In this document: positions 45,976 to 54,734 of the stretch, piece after piece
Layout: each line of letters opens with the position of its first letter
How positions within the stretch are numbered: the stretch's first letter is position 1
Assembly (NCBI GenBank): GCA_049299095.1
Contig: JBAQWV010000154.1
Location: 1,655 to 65,654, forward strand
From: Anaerolineae bacterium
Lineage (GTDB): Bacteria; Chloroflexota; Anaerolineae; JAAEKA01
Direction of reading: 5' to 3'
DNA length: 64,000 nucleotides
Program-made: the position numbers and the translations under genes
Notes under the pieces: generated by a model
What the model saw: the letters and a program-made list of their open reading frames with translations, nothing else
The model's database searches: none
Told to the model about the DNA's origin: nothing

Positions 45976-47300
45976 GCGGCGACAGTTTGCTCTTTGGTGG
46001 GCAGGTGAACGAGGACTGTTTGCACTGCGCGGCCTTCCACTGCTTCCACCTCGAAGGTGATACCTTGCAGTGTCGTCTGGTCGCCCTGCTCTGCCAGCCG
46101 TCCGAGGCTTGCCATGATCAGCCCGCCTACGGTGTCGGCTTCGGGATGCTCCAGGTCAAGATCGCACAATTGGTTTAGCTCGTCCACCAGCAGGTCGCCG
46201 CGCACGCGCACGAGGTGCGTTTCGAGGCGTTCTAGTGGCGGGATTTCCTGATCGAATTCGTCCAAAATCTCGCCGACTACCTCTTCGATGATGTCTTCCA
46301 GCGTCACCAGGCCCGCAGTGCCGCCGTATTCATCTACCACGACAGCCAGTTGACGGCGGTCACGGCGGAAGCGCGCCAGCATATCGTCCAGTGGCAGCGA
46401 TTCGGGGACAAAGGCGACTGGCCGGGCCAGTGTGCGCAGGTCGAAGGGTTGGCCGGGTGTGGCCTGCTGGCGCGCCAGTGTCTTGACGTGCAGCACACCG
46501 ACAATGTCGTCCAGGCCCTTGTTGTACACGGGGTAGCGCGAATGGCGCTCTTCGCAGACGAAGTCAAGCGTTTCTTGTTCGCTGGCAGTGATGGGCAGTC
46601 CGGCAACCAGGCGGCGCGGGGTCATCACGTTGCCCACGGTGCGGTCGCGCAGGTCGAAGATGTTCTCGATGAAAAGCTGCTCGTCGGCTTCGATCAGGCC
46701 AACGCCGGAGCTTTCTTCCATCAGGTATTCCAGCTCGTCCGCGGAAAAGAGGCGGGCCTGCGCGTCTACAGGTGGCACCCCCATCAGGCGGACAATGAAA
46801 TTGCCGATGCCGTTCAGGATCAGTACCACTGGTGCAAACAGCTTGCGCAGAAAGCTCATCGGGCCATCCAGACGCAGCACGGTGCTTTCAGCATTCTGGA
46901 TCGCCAATGTTTTTGGCACCATCTCACCGAGGACGACATGGAAATAGGTCATCAGGGCGATAGCCAGCACGGTGGCCAGGGTATGCGACAGGGGGCCGGC
47001 GAGCGGCGTGATGTGGCTGAGCGGCTCCACCAGCCATTCGGCAATGGTGTGCTCGCCGAACATACCGAGGCCGAGGCTGGCCAGGGTGATGCCGATCTGG
47101 GCGGTGGCGAGATAGCGGTTTTGCTTGGCTGGGTCCGACAGGGTGCGCAAAACGTTGCGGGCCGCGCTGGAGCCACGCTCCGCAGCCTGGGTGATGCGCG
47201 TGCGCGGGGCCGCGACGATGGAGAATTCTGCCGCTACAAATAAGCCATTGAGCAGGATCAGAAACGCAATAATCAGCAGGGGTATCAGATATTCACTCAT
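45972..47300 (-). CDS. CNNM/CorC/TlyC-family transporter (DUF21 TM domain, CBS pair, CorC_HlyC)
   Basis: Start chosen at MSEYLIPLLIIAF; the ORF-track start at 47393 was rejected. The ATGA overlaps the upstream paralogue. Confidence 0.8.
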   Translation of the reverse strand: MSEYLIPLLIIAFLILLNGLFVAAEFSIVAAPRTRITQAAERGSSAARNVLRTLSDPAKQNRYLATAQIGITLASLGLGMFGEHTIAEWLVEPLSHITPLAGPLSHTLATVLAIALMTYFHVVLGEMVPKTLAIQNAESTVLRLDGPMSFLRKLFAPVVLILNGIGNFIVRLMGVPPVDAQARLFSADELEYLMEESSGVGLIEADEQLFIENIFDLRDRTVGNVMTPRRLVAGLPITASEQETLDFVCEERHSRYPVYNKGLDDIVGVLHVKTLARQQATPGQPFDLRTLARPVAFVPESLPLDDMLARFRRDRRQLAVVVDEYGGTAGLVTLEDIIEEVVGEILDEFDQEIPPLERLETHLVRVRGDLLVDELNQLCDLDLEHPEADTVGGLIMASLGRLAEQGDQTTLQGITFEVEAVEGRAVQTVLVHLPTKEQTVAA

Positions 47301-48634
47301 GACGATGTTTCCTCCCGCATCCGTTCGACCTGATCCGGCGTGGCGGGCAGGCTGACGGCAGCCACTGCGTTGCCCTCGACGCGTTCGACGCACAAAGGAA
47401 CACCCGCCACGTCTACCATTTCACCGACTTCCGGCACATGGGCCAGCTCATTCAGCATCAGCCCGCCGATGGTTTCCGCTTCCTCGGTGGGGAGTTTCAG
47501 GTCCAGCAGTTCATTCAGGTCGCTGATCAGCCAGTCCCAGCGCACCAGCACGCGGTTGCCGGGCATGACGCGGAAGAGCGGCACTTCCTGATCAAATTCG
47601 TCCTGCACTTCGCCAAAGATCTCTTCGATCAAGTCTTCCAGCGTGACGATGCCAGCCGTGCCGCCGTATTCGTCCAGCACGACCGCGACATGGTAGCGTT
47701 TATGCTGCAACAGCGAAAAAGCCTCATCAGCCGGCATTGATTCAGGGATGAACAGCGCCGGGGTCATCACGTCGCGCATGTTCACTTCGTTTTCGCCCTG
47801 CGCGTCGTGCAAACAAAGCAGGTCTTTCAGGTGGATCACACCGATGATATTGTCCACGCTGCCTTCGTACAGCGGCAGCCGCGAAAAATAGGATTTGGCG
47901 AGTCGGCTGAATAGCTCGGCGCTGGGAGTATCCACCGATGCAGCTAGCACGCGTGTGCGCGGCACCATGATCTGGCGCACGCTGGAGCGACGCATCCACA
48001 GGGTGTTTTCGATCAACCGGCGTTCCTGCTGGTCCAGCAAGCCGCCTTCGCCGCTTTCTTCCACCAGCAGCGCGATTTCCTCGGCAGTGTGAGCCTGCGC
48101 GTGTTCACTGGTTGGCTCGACGCCCAGCAGCTTCAGCACCAACTGGCCGCTGCCGTTGAAGAACCAGGTTAAGGGACGAAAGAGGATCAGCGACCAGCGC
48201 ATGGGCCAGGCTGTCAGCAGGGCTAACCGTTCTGGATACTGGACACCGATATTCTTGGGAACCAATTCGCCTAACACAACTTGAAAGCCGGTTAGCACCA
48301 ACAGGATGACTGTTGCCGACAAAGAGGCGGCTGTTAGTTCGGAGACGATACCGAGGCGCGCCAGCCAATGTGTGGTGGTTTCGTTGAGCGCGCTTTGTGC
48401 GTAAAAACCCAGCACCAAGCTGGAGATCGTAATGCCCAACTGGCAGGCCGCGATGTAGGTGTCGAGTTTGTGCGGGTCTTCGACAATGGTAAGGACATAG
48501 CGCGCGGTTTGGTTGCCTTCTTCGGCCATCTGCGCCAGCCGCGACCGCCGACTGCTGATGGTGGCGAATTCAGCCGCAACATACAGCGCATTGATGAAAA
48601 TTAAGATAAGGATAACAAGAAATATGCCAAACAA
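47297..48634 (-). CDS. CNNM/CorC/TlyC-family transporter, paralogue of the downstream gene
   Basis: 445 aa with the same domain order. Confidence 0.8.
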   Translation of the reverse strand: MFGIFLVILILIFINALYVAAEFATISSRRSRLAQMAEEGNQTARYVLTIVEDPHKLDTYIAACQLGITISSLVLGFYAQSALNETTTHWLARLGIVSELTAASLSATVILLVLTGFQVVLGELVPKNIGVQYPERLALLTAWPMRWSLILFRPLTWFFNGSGQLVLKLLGVEPTSEHAQAHTAEEIALLVEESGEGGLLDQQERRLIENTLWMRRSSVRQIMVPRTRVLAASVDTPSAELFSRLAKSYFSRLPLYEGSVDNIIGVIHLKDLLCLHDAQGENEVNMRDVMTPALFIPESMPADEAFSLLQHKRYHVAVVLDEYGGTAGIVTLEDLIEEIFGEVQDEFDQEVPLFRVMPGNRVLVRWDWLISDLNELLDLKLPTEEAETIGGLMLNELAHVPEVGEMVDVAGVPLCVERVEGNAVAAVSLPATPDQVERMREETSS

Positions 48635-48743
48635 ATTTTTTCTCCCGATGAATAACGATTTATGAATCGCAGGATCGGCAAGGTAAGTATAAGCGAATTA
48701 ACCTGCTTCCCGCAAGTATTCAACATTCGTTAACTATGCTATA

Positions 48744-49946
48744 ATGACATACGATTTTCAGGAAGGGTCTGTTATGTCTGGCGAACTCGATTTATCCTTA
48801 CTTCTTGCAGCTTTACGCCGCCGCTGGTGGCTGATTGCGCTGTCTGTGGTGGTCGCTTTGGCTATCGCGGGCTTGATCGGCCTGTCGCGTGACCGGCACT
48901 ATGAGGCAACTAACACGCTGCTGGTGCAATCGCCGCGCTACCAATGGCGCTTTACCGGGGAAATCGTCACGGTCACCGATCAAAATCGTGATTATCAGCG
49001 TGAAGTGCTGGCGATTGCGCGCAATGCTGAAGTCAGTCAGGCCGCAACCACTGCGTTGACTGCCACCGGGCAAGATGCCGCTGCGTTGGCGTCTTCGGTG
49101 GCTGTGCGCGCGGGTGATGGCAACACGATTATCATTGCAGCTACCACCGCCGATCCAGAGCAGTCGGCCGCGTTTGCCAAAGCCTGGACGCAGGCATTGG
49201 TGGAAGCAGCCCGCGATTTGTACGGCGCAGAAGCAGACTTGTCAGAGTTCGAGGCTAAGCTGGCCAAGCTGGATGTCGAATTGCAACAGGCCGAGGATGC
49301 CCTGGCTGTAGTTCGTGCCCGCACTGGCTTGTACAACAACGCTAACTTGCCCGACGAGGCGATGAAGTCCAGCATTGCCCTGCAACAATTGAATCTCGTT
49401 AATGCAACCCTTGCACCTTATCTGGTAGCATTACAAACTCTCGATCAGTTGCAGACAGGGCTGGCTGCGGCGGCCACGGCAACGGAACGACAACAACTGC
49501 CGTGGGAGTTGCTGGATACGCCGCTGCTGGCTGAACGCGGCAGGCTATCGGCGGCGGCTGCCCGCGCGACTCTGGCTGATCCTGCTCAATTGACTCAACT
49601 GCTGCAAAGTGAGCAAGCCGCGCTGCAACCCGCAGCCGACGCACTCAGCGCGCAGGCTACACAACTGCGCGGCCAGCTTGCAATGGATTGGCAGCAGTAT
49701 GAAAACGCCTTTCGACTGCGCAACCAAATCCGTGATAGCTCTTACAGCATGGTTTGGCGCAAAGTAACCGAACTACAACTGCGTGACCAACTGGAGCCGA
49801 GCCTGCTGTCTATCGTCGGTAGCGAAGACCCCATTGTCACCCAGGTACGGGCGTCCATGCTGGGGCTTTTGGCAACGGCTGCCATAGCTGGCTTGATCAT
49901 CGGTACGCTGCTGGCTGTTTGGCTCGAAGCCAGTAAACGTCGTTAG
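48744..49946 (+). CDS. Wzz/polysaccharide co-polymerase-like chain-length determinant protein
   Basis: N-terminal Wzz motif ELDLSLLLAALRRRWWLIALSVVVALAIAG, a long coiled-coil periplasmic region, and a C-terminal TM segment. Confidence 0.55.
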   Translation: MTYDFQEGSVMSGELDLSLLLAALRRRWWLIALSVVVALAIAGLIGLSRDRHYEATNTLLVQSPRYQWRFTGEIVTVTDQNRDYQREVLAIARNAEVSQAATTALTATGQDAAALASSVAVRAGDGNTIIIAATTADPEQSAAFAKAWTQALVEAARDLYGAEADLSEFEAKLAKLDVELQQAEDALAVVRARTGLYNNANLPDEAMKSSIALQQLNLVNATLAPYLVALQTLDQLQTGLAAAATATERQQLPWELLDTPLLAERGRLSAAAARATLADPAQLTQLLQSEQAALQPAADALSAQATQLRGQLAMDWQQYENAFRLRNQIRDSSYSMVWRKVTELQLRDQLEPSLLSIVGSEDPIVTQVRASMLGLLATAAIAGLIIGTLLAVWLEASKRR

Positions 49947-50050
49947 CAATCAAGTCTTAAGCTTGTTGCCGGGGGGAGACACAGCGCAGCGTATCAAAAA
50001 CTGATTTTTGGCGAGAAAACGCGCTTGGCGCGAGACAATGGCACAACCAA

Positions 50051-50080
50051 TTGACAAGTAACTCACTATTCTGGTATATT
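50051..50080 (+). promoter_or_regulatory. candidate sigma70 promoter TTGACA-18-TATATT upstream of fadD
   Basis: Directly readable. The ~130-nt leader contains the small hairpin CTTTCACaacgGTGAAAG. Confidence 0.4.
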
Positions 50081-50212
50081 GTCAGGAATTAGCAGATTAC
50101 TTGGTCGCCACTGCTGGCATTCATGCTCCACCCATCTACACCGTTCTATACGCTTTCACAACGGTGAAAGCACCTAACTCGTCCGTACCGCTTGAGGAGG
50201 ATCACACGACTC

Positions 50213-51913
50213 ATGGATAGCAAACCCTGGTTGAAGAATTATGACAAGGGCCTGCCAACAACATTGCAGCCTTACCTCCAACAAACCCTGATTGACGTGA
50301 TGCGCGAGACGGCGAGTCAGCGTCCCAACCACACAGTAATTCACTTCAAGAACACCACTATCAGCTATCGCCAACTGGATCAGTTGAGCGATCAATTTGC
50401 CCATGCCTTGATCAAGCTTGGAATCAAGAAGGGGGATCGTGTAGCCCTGGTTCTGCCTAATATTCCCCAGTTTGTAATTGCTGAATTCGGTGTTTGGAAG
50501 GCTGGTGGTGTAGCCGCATGTATCAACCCGCTTTACACCGAGTATGAAACCGCACATGCGTTGAATGAATGCGGCGCTGAAACCGTTGTCGCTATGACTT
50601 CCTTTTATAACAAAGTCAAAGCGGTGCAGAGCCAGACGAAGGTCAAGCGTGTCATCGCCACCAACGTCAAAGAATACCTGCCCACAGTGATGCGCATCCT
50701 GTTCGGCCTCGCCAAAGAGAAGAAAGAGGGCCACCACATCACCCTGCAAAGCGGCGATTTCTGGTTCCAGGACTTGCTCAATCAACACAAGGGCGCAGGT
50801 CGCCCCAGCGTGACCATCAATCCCAGCGACAACGCCATCATTCTGTTCACCGGCGGCACCACCGGCCTGTCCAAGGCCGCGGTCGGCTCGCACGAGGGGC
50901 TGGTAATGTCGGGCAAGCAGATCTTCGCCTGGTTTCAGAACATCCTGCATGAATGGGATGACGTGTTCCTGACCGCCTTGCCGCTTTTCCACGTCTTTGC
51001 CAACGCCGGTGTGCAGACCGCTGCGCTCACCAGCCGCGGCAGCATGGCCCTTGTGCCTAACGCGCGCGACATCCCCGATGTGATGCAGACGATTGAAAAG
51101 ACCAAGGCTACCTTCTTCCCCTCGGTGCCGACGATGTTCAACGCCATGTTGAATCATCCGCTGGTGAAAGAGGGCAAGGTCAACCTCACCTCGATCAAGT
51201 TGTGCATCTCCGGCGCCTCCGCACTCTTGCAGGAAACCAAGGAAAGCTTCGAAAAGCTGACCGGCAGCCGCATCGTCGAGGGCTACGCGCTGACCGAATC
51301 GATGATGGCGATCTGCTGCACCCCCGTGGAAGGTAAGTACAAGGTCGGTTCGATTGGAATGCCGGTCGCCGACGTGTTTGTGCGCATCGCTGATGCCGAA
51401 GATGGCAGCAAGGACCTGCCGTTGGGCGCAGATCATGTCGGTGAAATCGTCGTCCGCGCCCCACAACTCATGCGCGGCTACTGGCAGCGTCCCGAAGCCA
51501 CCGCCGACATGCTGCGCAACGGCGAGCTGTACACCGGCGACCTCGGGTATATGGATGAAGACGGCTACATCTTCATTGTAGACCGCAAGAAGGACGTGGT
51601 CAAGGTCTCCGGCTTCCAGGTCTGGCCGCGCGAAGTCGAAGAAGTGCTAGCAACCAACCCCAAGGTGATGGAAGTGGCGGTTGCGGGCATCCCTGACCCG
51701 CGCACCACCGAAGCTGTCAAAGCCTGGATCGTCTTGCACCCTGGTGTAACCGCAACCGCGGAGGAAATTCAAAACTTCGCCAAGGAAAAGCTCACCGGTT
51801 ACAAAGTGCCGCGCTTTGTCGAATTCCGTTCCGAACTGCCCAAGAGTACCGTAGGCAAGGTGCTGCGCCGCGAGTTGGTGCGCGAGGAAGCCGAGAAAAC
51901 CAAGCAGAAATAG
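50213..51913 (+). CDS. fadD: long-chain-fatty-acid--CoA ligase (AMP-dependent synthetase/ligase)
   Basis: Motifs TGGTTGLSKAAV (AMP-binding P-loop), YTGDLG, GYKVPRFVEF. Start at MDSKPWLKNY; the ORF-track TTG start at 50192 was rejected. Confidence 0.9.
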   Translation: MDSKPWLKNYDKGLPTTLQPYLQQTLIDVMRETASQRPNHTVIHFKNTTISYRQLDQLSDQFAHALIKLGIKKGDRVALVLPNIPQFVIAEFGVWKAGGVAACINPLYTEYETAHALNECGAETVVAMTSFYNKVKAVQSQTKVKRVIATNVKEYLPTVMRILFGLAKEKKEGHHITLQSGDFWFQDLLNQHKGAGRPSVTINPSDNAIILFTGGTTGLSKAAVGSHEGLVMSGKQIFAWFQNILHEWDDVFLTALPLFHVFANAGVQTAALTSRGSMALVPNARDIPDVMQTIEKTKATFFPSVPTMFNAMLNHPLVKEGKVNLTSIKLCISGASALLQETKESFEKLTGSRIVEGYALTESMMAICCTPVEGKYKVGSIGMPVADVFVRIADAEDGSKDLPLGADHVGEIVVRAPQLMRGYWQRPEATADMLRNGELYTGDLGYMDEDGYIFIVDRKKDVVKVSGFQVWPREVEEVLATNPKVMEVAVAGIPDPRTTEAVKAWIVLHPGVTATAEEIQNFAKEKLTGYKVPRFVEFRSELPKSTVGKVLRRELVREEAEKTKQK

Positions 51914-51947
51914 CGTCGCAATCGTCGCTACCCTATATCGTATGTAG

Positions 51948-52000
51948 GCGTGAACCGTGAAGAGCGACCAACTCTGTTCACGGTTCACGCTCTTTTTTTT
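51948..52000 (+). terminator. intrinsic terminator/attenuator after fadD
   Basis: GTGAACCGTG-19nt-CACGGTTCAC followed by GCTCTTTTTTTT. The next start codon follows immediately. Confidence 0.55.
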
Positions 52001-52004
52001 ATCC

Positions 52005-52895
52005 ATGCCATTGACGACTGAATTTACCCAACGCGTTGCCTATCACGAATGCGATCCCCAGCTGATCGTGCGCGACAGCAGCTATCTGCGCTACATGCAG
52101 GAGGCGGCCTTCATCGCCTCCGCGGCCGCAGGTTACTGGCAGGATCGTCTGATTGCCATGCGCCGCGTTTGGTTGATCCGTGAACATCAAGTGGACTTCC
52201 TGTCGCCACTGCGCTACGGGGATCAGGTACGTGTCATCACTTGGGTCGCGGACTTCCGGCGCGTTCGCTCACGCCGCGCCTACGAAATCCGCGGGCGCGG
52301 CATCCCCGGTTATACCAACGAACAGACCGGCGACGAGCGCCTGGCTGCCCGCGCCTTCACCGACTGGGTCTTTCTCGACCTGGACACCGGCCGGCCGGCA
52401 GTGATCCCCGACGAGGTAGGCCGGGCCTACCTGCCGGAGGGCGCAGCGGGTGCGGCCGCGCAAGAGCGCGAGCGTTTTCCTCTCCTGGTCGCGCCGCCGG
52501 ACGCCTTTCACAAGCGCACCTGCGTACAATGGCGCGATCTCGACAGCGTTGGTCACGTCAACAACGCCACATACGGCGACTATATCGAAAACGCAGCCCG
52601 GCAGGCCCTGGCTATCCGCGGCTGGTCGCCCGCCCGCTGCACCGCGGCTGGCTTTGATCTGACCACACAGCAGTTGCGCATCGAATATCGCCAGCCCGCC
52701 CTATTTAACGACATACTGGAAATCAGCACCTGGCTGGCCGAAGTTGGTCCGAATACCATGATGCGCCACACCACGCTGCGCCGCGTCGAAGATGATGAAC
52801 TACTGGTACAGGCTTCGGCGCGCTGGGGCTGTGTAGACAGCGTTGCGCGCCGCCCCAGCGCCCTCCCGCCCGCGCTGGTTGCCGATCTGGCTTAA
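52005..52895 (+). CDS. tandem hotdog-fold (4HBT) acyl-CoA thioesterase
   Basis: Two hotdog-like halves, each with a Y.E.D..G.VNNA.Y-type motif. Start at MPLTTEF. Confidence 0.65.
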   Translation: MPLTTEFTQRVAYHECDPQLIVRDSSYLRYMQEAAFIASAAAGYWQDRLIAMRRVWLIREHQVDFLSPLRYGDQVRVITWVADFRRVRSRRAYEIRGRGIPGYTNEQTGDERLAARAFTDWVFLDLDTGRPAVIPDEVGRAYLPEGAAGAAAQERERFPLLVAPPDAFHKRTCVQWRDLDSVGHVNNATYGDYIENAARQALAIRGWSPARCTAAGFDLTTQQLRIEYRQPALFNDILEISTWLAEVGPNTMMRHTTLRRVEDDELLVQASARWGCVDSVARRPSALPPALVADLA

Positions 52896-52908
52896 GGATG
52901 TTTGGACG

Positions 52909-53691
52909 ATGAAACCCTCTTTTTTCCCGCCCATCGTCGCCTTGTGCAACGATCTGCTCTTCGCCACCCGCCTCAGTGATGTGATCCGGCAACTCGGCGG
53001 CGAGCCAGTGATAGCCAACACCCCCGACGAATTGCGGCGGGGTCTCGAACGCTGGCCGCTGTTGATCCTGCTCGACCTGGCCGCGCTGCCCGCAGCCGTC
53101 TGGCAGCCAGAAGTGCAGCGCGCCAAAGTGTCACCCCAAACGAAGCACATCCCGATCTACGCATTTGGCAGCCATGTAGACACCGCGTTGCTCGCTTCTG
53201 CCCGGCAGGCGGGTTGCGATCACGTCTGGGCGCGTTCCCGCTTTATGGGCGAGCTGCCACAGGTGATAGACACCGCGCTGCACCCACCGACTGTCTATGT
53301 AGACGGCTGGGATGCCGCGCCGTCGCCGGAATTTCTGCACGGCATCGCCCTGTTCAACGCGGGCGAATTGCACGCGCAGCATGATGTCTTCGAGGCGCTC
53401 TGGCGCGAGGACCTCCGCCCCATCCGCGAGCTGTATCAGGGCGTTCTACAGGTCGGGCTGGCCCTCTATCACATTGAAGGCGACAACTATCGCGGTGCGG
53501 TCAAGATGTTCCGCCGCGGGCTGCCGCGGCTGCGCACCCTCCCCCCCGTGTGTCAGACCCTCGATGTGGCACGCCTGCGCACCGAGGCGCGCGCCTTGCA
53601 TGATCAACTCATCGCCCTTGGCCCCGACCACTTCCCCGCATTCGAGCGCGCCCAGGTGCGCGCGTTCAAGCTGCACCTGATAGAAGGATAA
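52909..53691 (+). CDS. two-domain protein: degenerate receiver (REC)-like N-terminal domain fused to DUF309
   Basis: N-terminal PIVALCNDLLF...LLILLDLAAL...IPIYAFGSH resembles a CheY-like fold. C-terminal FNAGELHAQHDVFEALW...GVLQVGLALYHIEGDNYRGAVKMFRRG matches DUF309. Confidence 0.45.
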   Translation: MKPSFFPPIVALCNDLLFATRLSDVIRQLGGEPVIANTPDELRRGLERWPLLILLDLAALPAAVWQPEVQRAKVSPQTKHIPIYAFGSHVDTALLASARQAGCDHVWARSRFMGELPQVIDTALHPPTVYVDGWDAAPSPEFLHGIALFNAGELHAQHDVFEALWREDLRPIRELYQGVLQVGLALYHIEGDNYRGAVKMFRRGLPRLRTLPPVCQTLDVARLRTEARALHDQLIALGPDHFPAFERAQVRAFKLHLIEG

Positions 53692-53696
53692 CACCA

Positions 53697-54734
53697 ATGC
53701 GTGCTGTGGTGATGTATCGTCGCGGTGGGCCAGAGGTGCTCACCTACGAAACCGACTTTCCCGCCCCTGCCCTCGGCCCGGACGATGTACTGGTGCGCGT
53801 GCGTGCCTGTGGCATGAACCGCGTAGATCTGTTCACGCGCGCGGGCGAGCAGGGCGTGCGTCCCCCACTGCCGCACATTTTGGGCATGGAGGTAGCCGGA
53901 GAGGTGGTGGCTTGGGGTACTGGTGTGACCGGCGTAACGCTCGGCCAGCGCGTGCTGGTGCCGCCCAGCATCCCCTGCGGCGACTGCGCGATGTGCCGCC
54001 GCGGTGCGTCTAACCTTTGTCCGCGCCAGCAGGTGCTGGGGCGCACGCGGCACGGTGGCTATGCCGAGTTCGTGGCTGTGCCCGCCCGCGGCCTGTTGCC
54101 AATCGCCCCCACCCTCAGCTACGTTCAGGCCGCGTCCATCATCGTGGCCTTCGGCACCGCCTGGCACATGCTGGTCACGCGGGCGCGCGTGCAACCGGAC
54201 GAGACCGTGCTGGTGCTGGCCGCGGGGTCTGTGGTGGGAACTGCCGCCATTCAGGTCGCCAAACAACGCGGATGCCGCGTGCTGGCTACTGCCTCCACCG
54301 ATGAAAAGCTCACCAAGGCGCAGGCGCTCGGCGCGGACGCGGTCATCAACTACACCACGCAGCGCATGGATCGTCAGGCGCGCAAGCTGACCGATGGTCG
54401 CGGGGTGGATGTGGTAATAGAGCATGTCGGCGCGGATACCTGGCAAGCCAGCGTGGCCGCGCTCGCACCGCTGGGCCGGGTGGTGACCTGCGGCTCCACT
54501 ACCGGACGCTGGGGCAACACCGATCTTTGGTCGCTGTTTGGCAAGGAAATTAGCCTGCTAGGCTCGTTCGGCGCAACCGCGGACGAGCTGCACACCCTGT
54601 TGCCGCTGGTGGAAACCGGGGTATTTCAGACGGTGATTGATCGCACCTTCCCGCTGGCCAAAGCCGCGGAGGCGCATCGCTACATGGCAGATCGTCGTCA
54701 GTTTGGTAAATTAGTGTTAACGTGTGAGGAGTAA
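53697..54734 (+). CDS. zinc-binding medium-chain dehydrogenase/reductase (alcohol dehydrogenase / quinone oxidoreductase family)
   Basis: MDR fold with GxGxxG (LAAGSVVGTAAIQ) and a Cys-rich catalytic/structural zinc region. Confidence 0.85.
   Translation: MRAVVMYRRGGPEVLTYETDFPAPALGPDDVLVRVRACGMNRVDLFTRAGEQGVRPPLPHILGMEVAGEVVAWGTGVTGVTLGQRVLVPPSIPCGDCAMCRRGASNLCPRQQVLGRTRHGGYAEFVAVPARGLLPIAPTLSYVQAASIIVAFGTAWHMLVTRARVQPDETVLVLAAGSVVGTAAIQVAKQRGCRVLATASTDEKLTKAQALGADAVINYTTQRMDRQARKLTDGRGVDVVIEHVGADTWQASVAALAPLGRVVTCGSTTGRWGNTDLWSLFGKEISLLGSFGATADELHTLLPLVETGVFQTVIDRTFPLAKAAEAHRYMADRRQFGKLVLTCEE

Noticed and set aside
49947-49975. Hairpin GCAATCAAG..CTTGTTGC after the Wzz-like gene as a terminator
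   Set aside because: The stem is imperfect with a bulge and there is no U-tract. Not reported as a feature.
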